Source: Candidatus Aenigmatarchaeota archaeon (GTDB taxonomy: Archaea; Aenigmatarchaeota; Aenigmatarchaeia; CG10238-14). From it: a stretch of 64,000 nucleotides of DNA. The notes under the pieces are model-generated. The model saw only the letters and a program-made list of their open reading frames with translations, did not search any database and was not told the origin of the DNA. The stretch is taken from the NCBI GenBank assembly GCA_018920345.1, contig JAHLMN010000006.1:8817-72816 (forward strand), given 5' to 3'. This document shows, one piece after another, positions 9,997 to 19,803 of the stretch (the stretch's first letter is position 1; each line of letters begins with the position of its first letter). A program made the translations under genes and the position numbers.

Positions 9997-10578
9997 TTAC
10001 TGTATCTTGCTATCATAAAGCCCTTGATCAATTTCCTTTAAAACTTGTTTTGGTGGTTTACCATCAACAGTTATAGGCATACTTACACAAGATCCAACAA
10101 TCTCTTTAACTGCATTCTTCAAATTTTTTGAAAGCAAACCACTTTGTTTCATTTTGGCAATTTTTATACATTGCTCTATAGTTAAATTTCCAACAATCTT
10201 TTTTTCACCTGTTTGTGTAGGTTGATTTTCTTTAACTTGTTTTTCTTCCTCTTTCTTCTTACTTTTTTTATCCCCACCTGATTCTTTTGCCGCAGCATCT
10301 TTTTTTGACCCACTACTTCCTATTTTATCCAAACCCAATTCTTTTTTTATCAAAGATGAAACAGGAGGAACACCTACTTTAATAGTATATTCTTTTGTAT
10401 CAGTATCTATTATTACTTTTACAGGGACATTCATCCCTTTATATTCTTTTGTTTCTTGATTAATTTTGTTAAATAATTCACCCATATTTATCTTAAATTG
10501 AGAAAACTTTGGTGCTGTAGTTGGACCTGGTTTTGCATTCCCACCTTCTACAAGCATTTCTATAGTTTCTTTACTCAT
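9997..10578 (-). CDS. rpl11: 50S ribosomal protein L11 with internal charged insertion
   Basis: LVEGGNAKPGP, GMNVPVKV, PPVSSLIKKE, KEIVGSCVSM; ATG at 10578 after AGGTGG SD. Confidence 0.93.
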   Translation of the reverse strand: MSKETIEMLVEGGNAKPGPTTAPKFSQFKINMGELFNKINQETKEYKGMNVPVKVIIDTDTKEYTIKVGVPPVSSLIKKELGLDKIGSSGSKKDAAAKESGGDKKSKKKEEEKQVKENQPTQTGEKKIVGNLTIEQCIKIAKMKQSGLLSKNLKNAVKEIVGSCVSMPITVDGKPPKQVLKEIDQGLYDSKIQ

Positions 10579-11026
10579 TTTTATCCCCACCTGACTTTTG
10601 TATTACAGATACTAAATTAGCATTTACAGTTATTGGTATAGGTACAGTAACTTCTATTAATTCAATAGTAACTTCACCTTTATCCTTATCAAATCTTGTT
10701 ACCTTACCTTTTTCTCCTTTGAAAGGACCACCAACAACTTCTACTATATCGCCTTCTTTTATCACAATTTCTTTCTTCTTTGTCTCTATCATCTTTTTTA
10801 TTTGAGAAATATCTACAGGTTCTTTAATAATACCGCGAGCATGAGGAATTTCTTTAACAATATCTTGTATATCTTTTAATTCTCCCTCAGCGAAAATATA
10901 TCCTTTTATCTCTTCAGGATGAACAACAGCTTTAACTGCTAAATTATTCACTTTTGCCTTGTTTGCTATAGCCTCTAAAACAACATTTTCTCTTCCAATT
11001 ATTGTCTTTACAGCATATACTGCCAC
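10571..11026 (-). CDS. spt5: transcription elongation factor Spt5/NusG
   Basis: YAVKTIIGRE, KGYIFAE, KOW motif GDIVEVVGGPFKGEKGKV; GTG start at 11026 preferred. Confidence 0.95.
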   Translation of the reverse strand: MAVYAVKTIIGRENVVLEAIANKAKVNNLAVKAVVHPEEIKGYIFAEGELKDIQDIVKEIPHARGIIKEPVDISQIKKMIETKKKEIVIKEGDIVEVVGGPFKGEKGKVTRFDKDKGEVTIELIEVTVPIPITVNANLVSVIQKSGGDKNE

Positions 11027-11027
11027 A

Positions 11028-11195
11028 CTAACCACCAGCAATTACAGATATTATGTAAAATATAAATCCTATTATGCCTATGATTAGAAAGCCATACAAA
11101 ACTGTTCTCAACACTCCTTTTAACTCTTTAGATGTAGGCTTTCTAGCTATCTTTAATATGTTTACATATCTTCTTATAGTCTCCTTTATATTCAT
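11028..11195 (-). CDS. secE: protein translocase subunit SecE/Sec61gamma
   Basis: Manual translation MNIKETIRRYVNILKIARKPTSKE..GFLIIGIIGFIFYII; conserved ftsZ-secE-spt5-rpl11 order. Confidence 0.92.
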   Translation of the reverse strand: MNIKETIRRYVNILKIARKPTSKELKGVLRTVLYGFLIIGIIGFIFYIISVIAGG

Positions 11196-11247
11196 GAATA
11201 ATCACTTATTAGAATTGTTTTTATTATTAAAATTATTTATTTAAACC

Positions 11248-12333
11248 TTATTCAAGAAATTGTATTCCTAGCTCTTCCTCTATTACACTTCTTTTCTTTA
11301 CAATCCTTTCTACTTTTTCTAGCTCTTCTTTAGCCTTTGCACCAGTAATTACTACCATTACTCTTAATGTATCTCCTAGCTCTGGCTCTAACATAGCACC
11401 CCATATAATTTTTGCATCTTCATTTAACCTACTTGATATAGATTCTACAACATCTTGTGCTTCTCTTGTTGTCAAGTCCTTTCCACCTGTTACATTTATT
11501 AAAGCACCAGTTGCACCTTCTATATCCAAGTCAAGCAAAGGATTTGCCAAAGCCTTTTCAACTGCTTCAAATGCTCTATCCTCGCTGTCTGACTCTCCCA
11601 TGCCAACCATTGCTAGTCCGCCATTTCTCATAACAGCTTTAACATCTGCTAAATCAAGATTAATCAATCCAGGTTTTGTTATAAGTTCTACTATACCTTT
11701 TACAGAATTTACTAGAATTTCATCTGCAATTTTGAATGCTGTTGTTAGACTAACATCAGGTACTATATCTAGTAGCTTATCGTTTGGAATAATTATCAAA
11801 GTATCAACATATTTTCTTAAATTATCCAATCCTTCTTTGGCATTTTTCATCCTTACTTTACCTTCCATTGTGAATGGCAAAGTAACAACTCCAACAGTCA
11901 AAATATTCATCTTTTGTGCTATTTCAGCTATTACAGGTAAAGATCCAGTACCAGTACCACCACCTAAACCACATGTCAAGAAAAGCAGATCTGTCCCTTC
12001 AAGCATCTTTCTTATATCTTCTTTACTTTCTTTAGCAGCTTCCATGCCAACCTTTGGATCTCCACCAGCACCCAAACCGCCTGTTAATTCTTTACCAATA
12101 AGCAACTTGAAATCAGCATCAGAATAAAGCAAATCTTGTGCATCTGTATTAACAGCTATAGTATAAACACCTTGTATTCCTGTTTGCATCATTCTTGTTA
12201 TAGCATTATTTCCAGCACCACCAGAACCAACAACTTTTATATTTGCTTTCTTCTCTTCAAGTAATTTTTTCAATTCTTCATCTATCTTACTTTCTTTTCT
12301 AACAGTTTTTTTCAAAAAAGGTTGTATTGCCAT
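11248..12333 (-). CDS. ftsZ: cell division protein FtsZ
   Basis: GGAGNNA, GLGGGTGTG, GLINLDLADV. Confidence 0.97.
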   Translation of the reverse strand: MAIQPFLKKTVRKESKIDEELKKLLEEKKANIKVVGSGGAGNNAITRMMQTGIQGVYTIAVNTDAQDLLYSDADFKLLIGKELTGGLGAGGDPKVGMEAAKESKEDIRKMLEGTDLLFLTCGLGGGTGTGSLPVIAEIAQKMNILTVGVVTLPFTMEGKVRMKNAKEGLDNLRKYVDTLIIIPNDKLLDIVPDVSLTTAFKIADEILVNSVKGIVELITKPGLINLDLADVKAVMRNGGLAMVGMGESDSEDRAFEAVEKALANPLLDLDIEGATGALINVTGGKDLTTREAQDVVESISSRLNEDAKIIWGAMLEPELGDTLRVMVVITGAKAKEELEKVERIVKKRSVIEEELGIQFLE

Positions 12334-12341
12334 TTTTTCAC

Positions 12342-12387
12342 CTGTTATTATCCAATAGTTATTACAAACTATTAAATCTAATAACAG
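12342..12387 (-). promoter_or_regulatory. long inverted repeat/hairpin upstream of ftsZ abutting its SD
   Basis: CTGTTATTA/TAATAACAG outer arms and AATAGTT/AACTATT inner arms. Confidence 0.5.
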
Positions 12388-12402
12388 TTAACTTTAAATT
12401 CT

Positions 12403-13056
12403 TTATTCAAATTCTTCGACAAATCTTATCTTTCTTATATCCTTTATCCATTTTTTTATTGTTTCAGCTATATCTTTTTTAATCTCCCTAGGTATTTCGC
12501 TATTAATGTAAATTTCAGCTATATCCCCATTTATATTGACTTTAACATCTTCTTTTGTTTTAACAAAAATATTGAATATGGCTTGAACTTTTTCATCGGT
12601 TTTTTCAATTAATTTCTTTATTTCTAATTCATACTCCAACTCTTTTCCAGCTAAAACATGATTAAAATCAACTTTTACTCTACCACCAGATATTGCCAAT
12701 ATCCTTCCATTCAAGCCATTCATTGTTATAGGCATTCCAGGAAAAGGATCTATGTCTTGTTTTCTGAACTCTGTTATAGGGATAAGCTTTATCAGTTTTT
12801 CACTTCTATTACCAAATCCATCTTCTGGTTTAACTACAATCTTCTTTTTTTCACCTACATTCATTTTCATTAACTCATCTTCAACGCCCTTTATTATCAT
12901 GTGACTTCCTACTATGACTGGTATGGGTTTGTAAGAAAAATGAGGATCATAAATACCATTTTGCTTTGCCACATCCTCTAATGTTAAATCAAATATTTCT
13001 CCTGTTTCTTTTATTTTACCAACAAAATCAACTAATATAAAATCTCCTTCTTTCAT
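12403..13056 (-). CDS. slyD: FKBP-type peptidyl-prolyl isomerase (long archaeal SlyD type)
   Basis: GDFILVDFVG, IFDLT, VDFNHVLAGKEL. Confidence 0.92.
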   Translation of the reverse strand: MKEGDFILVDFVGKIKETGEIFDLTLEDVAKQNGIYDPHFSYKPIPVIVGSHMIIKGVEDELMKMNVGEKKKIVVKPEDGFGNRSEKLIKLIPITEFRKQDIDPFPGMPITMNGLNGRILAISGGRVKVDFNHVLAGKELEYELEIKKLIEKTDEKVQAIFNIFVKTKEDVKVNINGDIAEIYINSEIPREIKKDIAETIKKWIKDIRKIRFVEEFE

Positions 13057-13114
13057 TTAAACCACTAATAAATTGATTAAACATATTTAAAAGGTTAAAA
13101 TAAAAAATTGTGCT

Positions 13115-13258
13115 ATGCAAATAGCATCCTATTGCTCAATATGTAAAAAATACAAAACTAACCTAGTGTCCTGTGAATTCTGCGGTACGATTGGCTGTAC
13201 TGATTGTGTTGATATTAAATTAGGCATATGTAAAAAATGCAAAAAAGGCCTAATTTAA
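13115..13258 (+). CDS. small protein with four CxxC motifs (47 aa)
   Basis: Manual translation MQIASYCSICKKYKTNLVSCEFCGTIGCTDCVDIKLGICKKCKKGLI. Confidence 0.75.
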   Translation: MQIASYCSICKKYKTNLVSCEFCGTIGCTDCVDIKLGICKKCKKGLI

Positions 13259-13611
13259 AATTCCATTAATGTATCTACTATTCTTTCTACTTTGTCTTTC
13301 TCTTCAGGTGTTTTTGCCTTTAGCATTTCTCTTGCTTTTTCTCTTAAAGCTTCTCTCTTGGCAACATCTCCTAACTCTGCAATTGCTTTAACAGCTTGCT
13401 CTATTCTTTCTATTCTTGCTTCTATTTTCTTTTGATGTTTGTATACTTCTGCTAATGCTACCCATAATTGAGCTACTTTGACATCATCAGCTTGCATATA
13501 GGCGCATCTATTTCTTTTAGCAATCTCTAGCAATTCAGCCATATCTATTTTAATATCTTCACACAAATCTTCTTTCCAATCCCTTTCTTCTTTGAAAAAT
13601 ACCATTTTCAT
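13255..13611 (-). CDS. hypothetical helical protein
   Basis: 118-aa ORF, AY.QADDVKVAQLWVALAE; AGGTGA SD. Confidence 0.75.
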   Translation of the reverse strand: MKMVFFKEERDWKEDLCEDIKIDMAELLEIAKRNRCAYMQADDVKVAQLWVALAEVYKHQKKIEARIERIEQAVKAIAELGDVAKREALREKAREMLKAKTPEEKDKVERIVDTLMEF

Positions 13612-13670
13612 TTCACCTACACATTCTTATTATGATAAAATTTAAATACTTTTCGGTAGTAACTATTTTA

Positions 13671-14138
13671 TATGAAATTCTTCGAATCGCAGATGTTCGA
13701 GACAGAATTAAAATATATGATTTTGGTGTTTAGATAACATCAGATTGGATAGATTGTCATGGTAGACTCAAGCCATATAATAGTGTATTTTGGTATTTTA
13801 AACCATTTTATGATAAAGAAAGAAAACAGGTTGATGTAGATAAGACTTTACAACAACTTCTTTTATAATCATGAAATGATAAACATTATGATTTATTATT
13901 GACTGAAGATGATTTATATATACCTGGAACAAATTTTGTACTCGGTGCTTCACTAGTAGGGAGAGGAACAGTTATTTCTGTAGCAAGATTGCGTGATTCT
14001 TAACGCCCAACTGAACTACTAGAGCAATTAGCATATCATGAATTGGGGCATATGTTTGGATTACCTGGAAGAGATTCAAATATTGAAGAGATTTTAGGTA
14101 AACATTGTATTAATGATGGATGCGCTATGAGACAATGA
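13671..14138 (+). pseudogene. archaemetzincin-like zinc protease remnant
   Basis: One frame reads TNFVLG..GTVISVARL..AYHELGHMFGL..HC..GCAM with in-frame stops at 13731, 13866, 13872 and 14001. Confidence 0.8.
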
Positions 14139-14171
14139 CTTCAGTTTCCTTTTGAACGTTTAAGCAAGGCA

Positions 14172-14543
14172 AGAAACTTGAGGTGGGATGATATAGATTT
14201 TCAAAGAGACATAATTCATATAAAGAAGGCTAAAGGTGACAAAGAATTGTTTTTTACATGAGAAACTAAACAATCGCTGATGAATTTCGGAACAAAACAA
14301 TATGGGTTTGTATTTATCTCATCCAGAGGTGGAAAATACAGCGAAAGAACAATACAAAAAATAGTGCAAAATGCTGAGAGAAAAGCAAACATTTCAAAGA
14401 AAATAACACTAAATTCATTAAGACATTCTTTTGCGACTCATCTTTTAGAAGCAGGAGTTGATATAAGATATATACAGCAGCTTTTAGGACATAAAAACCT
14501 TCAAACAACACAAATTTACACACATGTGGCAAACAAGGTATAA
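14172..14543 (+). pseudogene. tyrosine recombinase (XerC/D-like) C-terminal remnant
   Basis: LRWDDIDF..KAKGDK, stop at 14259, then LRHSFATHLLEAGVDIRYIQQLLGH..TTQIYTHV; N-terminal half missing. Confidence 0.85.
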
Positions 14544-14658
14544 AGAAACTTGCAGATTTAATTTAGAGAAAATCTTTAAGATTACTATAATAAAATCAAA
14601 AAACGATAATTTTAAAAAGGAGAATATTGATAAAATAAAACACGTTTAGGCGATTTAT

Positions 14659-15162
14659 ATGAAATGCGAGTTTTGTGATACAAAACTTCAGAAAAGATGG
14701 AACTATTGTCCTAATTGTGGTGCTATGATAGGAAACTATGATATGATGGAGTTTTTGAATAGACAGATAAAAAATCTTGCTAAAAAATTAGAAGAAAACA
14801 TTGATTTTGAAAATGATTTTGAATTGCCAAAAAACATTACTATAACAATCACTCCTGTACCTATAAAAACACAACCAAAAAAACAGATAATAAATTCTGA
14901 TCCGATAAAATTACCAGAAAATGTTATAGAACCTGAAACAAAAGTGAGAAGACTACATAATGAAATTATTTTTTTAATAAAATTACCAGGTGTCAAAAGA
15001 AAAGAAGATATTGATTTGCAAATGTTTTCAAATTCTGTTGAAATAAGAGCTTTGGCTGACGACAAAGGTTATTTCAAAATAATTAATATACCTTCCACTT
15101 ATAGTCTAGTTGATAAAAAATTCGAAAATGAGGAGTTAATATTACATTTTAATATGTTTTAA
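14659..15162 (+). CDS. Hsp20/alpha-crystallin-like protein with N-terminal zinc ribbon
   Basis: CEFC..CPNCG then EPET..LPGVK..SVEIRA..YFKII. Confidence 0.75.
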   Translation: MKCEFCDTKLQKRWNYCPNCGAMIGNYDMMEFLNRQIKNLAKKLEENIDFENDFELPKNITITITPVPIKTQPKKQIINSDPIKLPENVIEPETKVRRLHNEIIFLIKLPGVKRKEDIDLQMFSNSVEIRALADDKGYFKIINIPSTYSLVDKKFENEELILHFNMF

Positions 15163-15165
15163 TAT

Positions 15166-15239
15166 TGGGGTAGCTGGGATTTGAACCCAGATCGCCAGCT
15201 CCCGAAGCTGGAATACTAGCCAAGTTATACTACTACCCC
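15166..15239 (-). tRNA. tRNA-Pro(CGG)
   Basis: GGGGTAG/CTACCCC acceptor, CCAGC-TTCGGGA-GCTGG anticodon arm, GTTCAAATC T loop. Confidence 0.93.
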
Positions 15240-15357
15240 CTTTATTAAAATAAAAAAAAATTCAATAAATTTTTTTTCAATTTTATTGGTTCCAATATTG
15301 GTTTAAATACTTGGAAAAAAAGAAAATTTTAAATATATTTTAAGCATATATTTTAAC

Positions 15358-15981
15358 TTGATGAAGAAAGAAACATTTAATAAGAAAGTATTGCCTCTTT
15401 TTGTCTTAACTTTATTTATAGCTACAATAGGAGTTGGTGTAGGTTTCTTTATACCGCCAATTCTTTATATACCGATAATTATAGCTGAATTAGTTATATT
15501 ATTTGTAACATTTCTTTTGAAAAAGAAAGAAGGGTTTCCTCTATGGGTTTTAATTTTATTTGTATTTTTAACAGGAATAACAACAACACCTATAATTGCG
15601 TGGGCAGCTTGGGAAGGTGGAACAATAGTTATTTTTCAAGCTTTAGGAATAACTACAGTTGTTTTCGGTAGTTTGGCTGGTTATGTTTATTTTACAAACA
15701 AAGATTTTAGATCTATTGGAACATTCTTGATGTTTGCTTTAATAGGATTTATAATAGCTTCTTTAGTGAATTTATTCCTAAAACAACCTGTCATAAATCT
15801 AATAATTAGTGTCGGTGTATTAATTGTATTTCTAGGTTTTGTTTTGTATGATATGTCAACAATATTAAGAAATTATCCTGATAATTATGTTACTGATGCT
15901 GTTTTAGCATTATATTTAGATTTTCTAAATATATTCATAAGAATTCTAGAATTATTAGTTATGACTAGAAGAAAGGATTAA
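15358..15981 (+). CDS. Bax inhibitor-1/YccA family membrane protein
   Basis: About 7 TM, VLYDMS, LALYLDFLNIF. Confidence 0.9.
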   Translation: MMKKETFNKKVLPLFVLTLFIATIGVGVGFFIPPILYIPIIIAELVILFVTFLLKKKEGFPLWVLILFVFLTGITTTPIIAWAAWEGGTIVIFQALGITTVVFGSLAGYVYFTNKDFRSIGTFLMFALIGFIIASLVNLFLKQPVINLIISVGVLIVFLGFVLYDMSTILRNYPDNYVTDAVLALYLDFLNIFIRILELLVMTRRKD

Positions 15982-16006
15982 TAAAAACAAATATAATAAT
16001 TTTATA

Positions 16007-16729
16007 ATGAAGAATACAATTATTATTCTGTTTCTATTCTCAGTGGTTTATGCTTTAGATACACCAAATTTAACAAAATATGTAAATGATTTTTCAAATA
16101 TTTTAAGTGATGATTGCGAAAGAGAAATAAATAATCTTGCAAATAGTATTGAAAAACAAACTAGTGCTGAAATAGCTATTGTTACAATGAATACTCTTTG
16201 TAATGAAAATATATGTGAAGATCTTGAAAAATATTCTAACGATCTTTTCAGAAAAAATGGAATAGGGAAAAAAGATAAAGATAATGGTTTAATGATTTTA
16301 GTTTTTGTAGAAGACAGAAGATATAGAATAGAAGTTGGTTATGGTTTGGAAGATGAAATACCAGATTTACTTGCAAGTCAAATAGCAGAAAATTATATGA
16401 CACCATTCTTTAAGAGAGGCGACTATTGTAGTGGTTTATATAATGCAGTTTTCCAGTTTGGTCAAGCTATCAAAGGTGAGAAAAATTCTACTTTGTTTAT
16501 TTTAGAAGAAGATTCGATGAAGACAAAGCAGCAAGAAAAAGAATCAAAAATAACAGAAATAATAATAATTATAATATTTTTAGTTTTTATTATCATTGTC
16601 TTTTATTTATCTATTAAAAACAAAAGAAGATCGAATATTTCTGTATTTATTAAAGCAAGAGGTGATTCTTCAAGTGGTGGTTTTGGTGGTGGTTCTTCAG
16701 GCGGTGGTGGGGCAAGCGGCAAATGGTAA
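16007..16729 (+). CDS. TPM domain (YgcG-like) protein
   Basis: YVNDFSNIL, GIGKKDKDNG, RIEVGYGLE, Gly-rich tail GGSSGGGGASGKW. Confidence 0.92.
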   Translation: MKNTIIILFLFSVVYALDTPNLTKYVNDFSNILSDDCEREINNLANSIEKQTSAEIAIVTMNTLCNENICEDLEKYSNDLFRKNGIGKKDKDNGLMILVFVEDRRYRIEVGYGLEDEIPDLLASQIAENYMTPFFKRGDYCSGLYNAVFQFGQAIKGEKNSTLFILEEDSMKTKQQEKESKITEIIIIIIFLVFIIIVFYLSIKNKRRSNISVFIKARGDSSSGGFGGGSSGGGGASGKW

Positions 16730-16762
16730 TTTTTTAAACTAAAAAAAATAAAAAGTGATATA

Positions 16763-17338
16763 ATGACAAAAAATACATTAATTTTAATTTCAATATTGTT
16801 TTTATTCTTAATAATTTTTTTAGTCGTTTCTGTTTGGTCAACATATAACATTATTGTAACTAGAGAAATAGAAGTAGAAAAAAAGTGGGCAGATCTCCAA
16901 GCTCAATATCAAAGGAGAATAGATCTTATACCTAATTTAGTTGAAACTACAAAAGGATATGCGCAATTTGAGCAATCAACTTTAATAAGAATAACTCAAT
17001 TGAGAACACAATGGATGTCTGCAACTAGTGTTGATGAAAAAATTTCCACAGGAACACAACTTGATTCTGAAATATCTAAATTACTTTTAGTTTTTGAAAA
17101 TTACCCTGAATTAAAATCAATAGAAACAGTAAATAGTCTCATGATTCAATTAGAAGGTACAGAAAATAGAATAGCTGTTGCAAGAAGAGACTATAATGAT
17201 GCAGTAAGAGATTACAATTTAATGTTAAGAAAATTTCCTTCAAATATTATAGCTGGAATATTTGGTTTTACACCAAAACCATTTTTTGAAGCGCAGGCAG
17301 AAGCTATTAATGCTCCAAAAGTTAATATCACAATTTAA
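16763..17338 (+). CDS. lemA: LemA family protein
   Basis: QYQRRIDLIPNLVET, ENYPELKS, LEGTENRIAVARRDYN. Confidence 0.95.
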   Translation: MTKNTLILISILFLFLIIFLVVSVWSTYNIIVTREIEVEKKWADLQAQYQRRIDLIPNLVETTKGYAQFEQSTLIRITQLRTQWMSATSVDEKISTGTQLDSEISKLLLVFENYPELKSIETVNSLMIQLEGTENRIAVARRDYNDAVRDYNLMLRKFPSNIIAGIFGFTPKPFFEAQAEAINAPKVNITI

Positions 17339-17340
17339 TT

Positions 17341-19506
17341 TTATTTAATTTCTAGAAATTTTTGTTTTTCTTCATTACTTTCACCAAGTTGTTTTTTTAT
17401 ACTTACAGCAACAGAATTACCAACAATTCTACTTAAAATTGCTAAATCAATTTTTCTTAAATCTTCCAAAGATTTTAAATTGTGCGAATACAATCTTCTT
17501 GCTCTAACTCTACCAACACCTTTTAATTTAATTAAAGGTAAAAGTTCTTCTTTTACCCCATGCTTAACTCTTATTCTCAATTTTCTCAAATCTTTTATTA
17601 ATTCTTTATATCCAAGTAACAAAGCCAATTCACTCAAGGCATATAAAAGCCAATCTGCATTTGTCAACCTTGTCCTTAACTCACCTGGTGTAACCCCTCT
17701 TTTACTCAAAATTTCATCTTCACTTTTTTCGTTTATCCAATCATCAATAACTAAAGCTGTTTTGATTGTTTGCATAAAATCTTCATAATTTTCATCCCAT
17801 TCTTTAGGTATATCAACCAGAAAATCATTCTCATGTTGAATAAACTTTTCCTCAACTTCTTCTATATCTTTTCCACTTATGGAAAGTAATGGTCTCATTT
17901 CCAAACAACTGTTAATAAGATGAAGATAGCTAAATTCATTCACATTTTTATTTAAAGCTTTCTCTAAACCCTTAATAAATAGATAACCTGTCAAAGGATC
18001 AATATACAATTCTGAAATTCTTTTGCCAATTTTAGTTGCATTTAACTTTTCATTTATTCTAACAATAAAACCAAATTCTATTAATCTTTCTAAAATTCTT
18101 TCTATTCTTACATCCAAACCAGCAATATCTCCATATTGATAGGCATAAAAAGTATTTCTAAAAAAATTATATAACTGATCAATATTACTAGCGAAACCAG
18201 AAGATATTAATGCCAAAACATGCATTCTTAATACAGGTTCTAGAGCAAGCTTTGATTGTATTTGCTCGCTTTCCCCGTTAATATATCTTTCTACTAACTC
18301 AAAAGCCTCATCTTCATTTTTAGCAATCAATATAGCTTCTCCTTCAGAATTAAAATCAGGTCTTCCTGCTCTACCTGCCATTTGTTTGTATTCAAATACT
18401 GGAATATATCTTGAACCCAAACCAGCGTAAAATCTTTTAACATCTCTTATAACAACTCTATGACTAGGTAAATTAACTCCTTGAGCAAGTGTAGGCGTAG
18501 CTACTATTACTTTGATCAATCCATTTCTAAAATAATCTTCTATTAATTTCTTTTGTTTTCCAATCAAACCTGCATGATGAAAAGCAACACCATTTTCAAT
18601 ACATTTGGCAAGTCTTTTACATTGTTTTGTTGGTACGTCCAATACATTTAACACATCATTTGATATCTTTCTTAGCTCAGAAATTTCAGCAAAAGACAAA
18701 TATCTTCTAGTCTCGCTAGATAATTTTTCAGCAAGAGACTCTGCATTTCTTCTTGAAGCAACAAAAAACAATATTTGTTTATTCATTTCCAAACTGTTCT
18801 TAACTATTGATAATTCATGCCAAAGATCTTTGTCAAGATTATATTTTCTTTTTTCAAAAAATTCTATTGTAGAATCAAAAGATACACCTTCATAAAGTTT
18901 AACTGGTCTCCAGTTGCTTTCTACAATTTCTGCATCTAACCATTCAGCAATTTCTTTTACATTACTTATAGTAGCACTTAATCCCAATATTTGTACATTA
19001 GGTAATATTTTTTTTAGTCTTGTTAATAATATTTCTAAAGTAGGTCCTCTTGAAGAATCTGTAAGCATATGTATTTCATCGACAACTATAAGACCAACAT
19101 CTATAATCCAGTCAGCACCATGTCTTATTAAACTATCAGCCTTTTCATTGCTACATATAATCCAATCATAATCTCTTAACCAAGGATCACTACTATCCAA
19201 ATCACCTACACTTAAAGCAATTTTCAATCCCAAAGATTCAAATCTTTCTTTAAAATTTTCATAATGTTCTTGTGCTAAAGCCACTAAAGGACAAAGATAG
19301 ATCATTTTCATTTTTTTGTTATAAAAACAATTTAAGCCAGCTAGAGCTGCACATAAAGTCTTACCACTAGCAGTAGGTGCAGCAACAATCAAGTTTTTTT
19401 CAAACAAACCTTTTTTTACAGCTTGCTCTTGAACAGGGTTCAATTTTTCAAATTTATATTTTTCCAAGACTTTTTTTATTATTTCATTTTTTTCCATGGA
19501 AAACAA
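17341..19506 (-). CDS. hel308: Ski2-like SF2 DNA helicase Hel308
   Basis: APTASGKT, DEIH, LSAT, QMAGRAGRP, C-terminal GVGRVRARRL. Confidence 0.95.
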   Translation of the reverse strand: MFSMEKNEIIKKVLEKYKFEKLNPVQEQAVKKGLFEKNLIVAAPTASGKTLCAALAGLNCFYNKKMKMIYLCPLVALAQEHYENFKERFESLGLKIALSVGDLDSSDPWLRDYDWIICSNEKADSLIRHGADWIIDVGLIVVDEIHMLTDSSRGPTLEILLTRLKKILPNVQILGLSATISNVKEIAEWLDAEIVESNWRPVKLYEGVSFDSTIEFFEKRKYNLDKDLWHELSIVKNSLEMNKQILFFVASRRNAESLAEKLSSETRRYLSFAEISELRKISNDVLNVLDVPTKQCKRLAKCIENGVAFHHAGLIGKQKKLIEDYFRNGLIKVIVATPTLAQGVNLPSHRVVIRDVKRFYAGLGSRYIPVFEYKQMAGRAGRPDFNSEGEAILIAKNEDEAFELVERYINGESEQIQSKLALEPVLRMHVLALISSGFASNIDQLYNFFRNTFYAYQYGDIAGLDVRIERILERLIEFGFIVRINEKLNATKIGKRISELYIDPLTGYLFIKGLEKALNKNVNEFSYLHLINSCLEMRPLLSISGKDIEEVEEKFIQHENDFLVDIPKEWDENYEDFMQTIKTALVIDDWINEKSEDEILSKRGVTPGELRTRLTNADWLLYALSELALLLGYKELIKDLRKLRIRVKHGVKEELLPLIKLKGVGRVRARRLYSHNLKSLEDLRKIDLAILSRIVGNSVAVSIKKQLGESNEEKQKFLEIK

Positions 19507-19676
19507 TTAGTAAAGAAAAAATTAAATCAATTATTACTTTAAAATTACATAATAAAAATACTAAGAAAAATATAATTGAAAAAACCAATTTTCTAAAATA
19601 AATTTAATAAAACCTCTATAGATTCACAAAAATTTGTTTTTATTAATTTTGTCAAAACTATTTTGAGGGGGTGACT

Positions 19677-19799
19677 ATGAAATGCGAGTGTGGTGGCCAC
19701 ATATATTATGAATTTAGCGATGGGTTAAAAATAGTAGACATTTGTTTGAATTGTGGAAAAACAGTTTATTTAAACAAGATCAAAAAACTCTTTCTTTAA
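19677..19799 (+). CDS. small zinc-ribbon protein (40 aa)
   Basis: GGGGTGA SD then MKCECGGHIYYEFSDGLKIVDICLNCGKTVYLNKIKKLFL. Confidence 0.7.
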   Translation: MKCECGGHIYYEFSDGLKIVDICLNCGKTVYLNKIKKLFL

Positions 19800-19803
19800 T
19801 TTT

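Noticed and set aside
13671-14261. Stop-codon recoding or readthrough in the protease/recombinase frame
   Set aside because: All three stop types occur, and neighbouring genes use TAA, TAG and TGA as normal stops; decay is simpler.
14172-14543. Integron integrase with cassette array
   Set aside because: No IntI-specific insertion is apparent before the box II motif and I saw no attC-like repeats; better explained as a Xer-like remnant.
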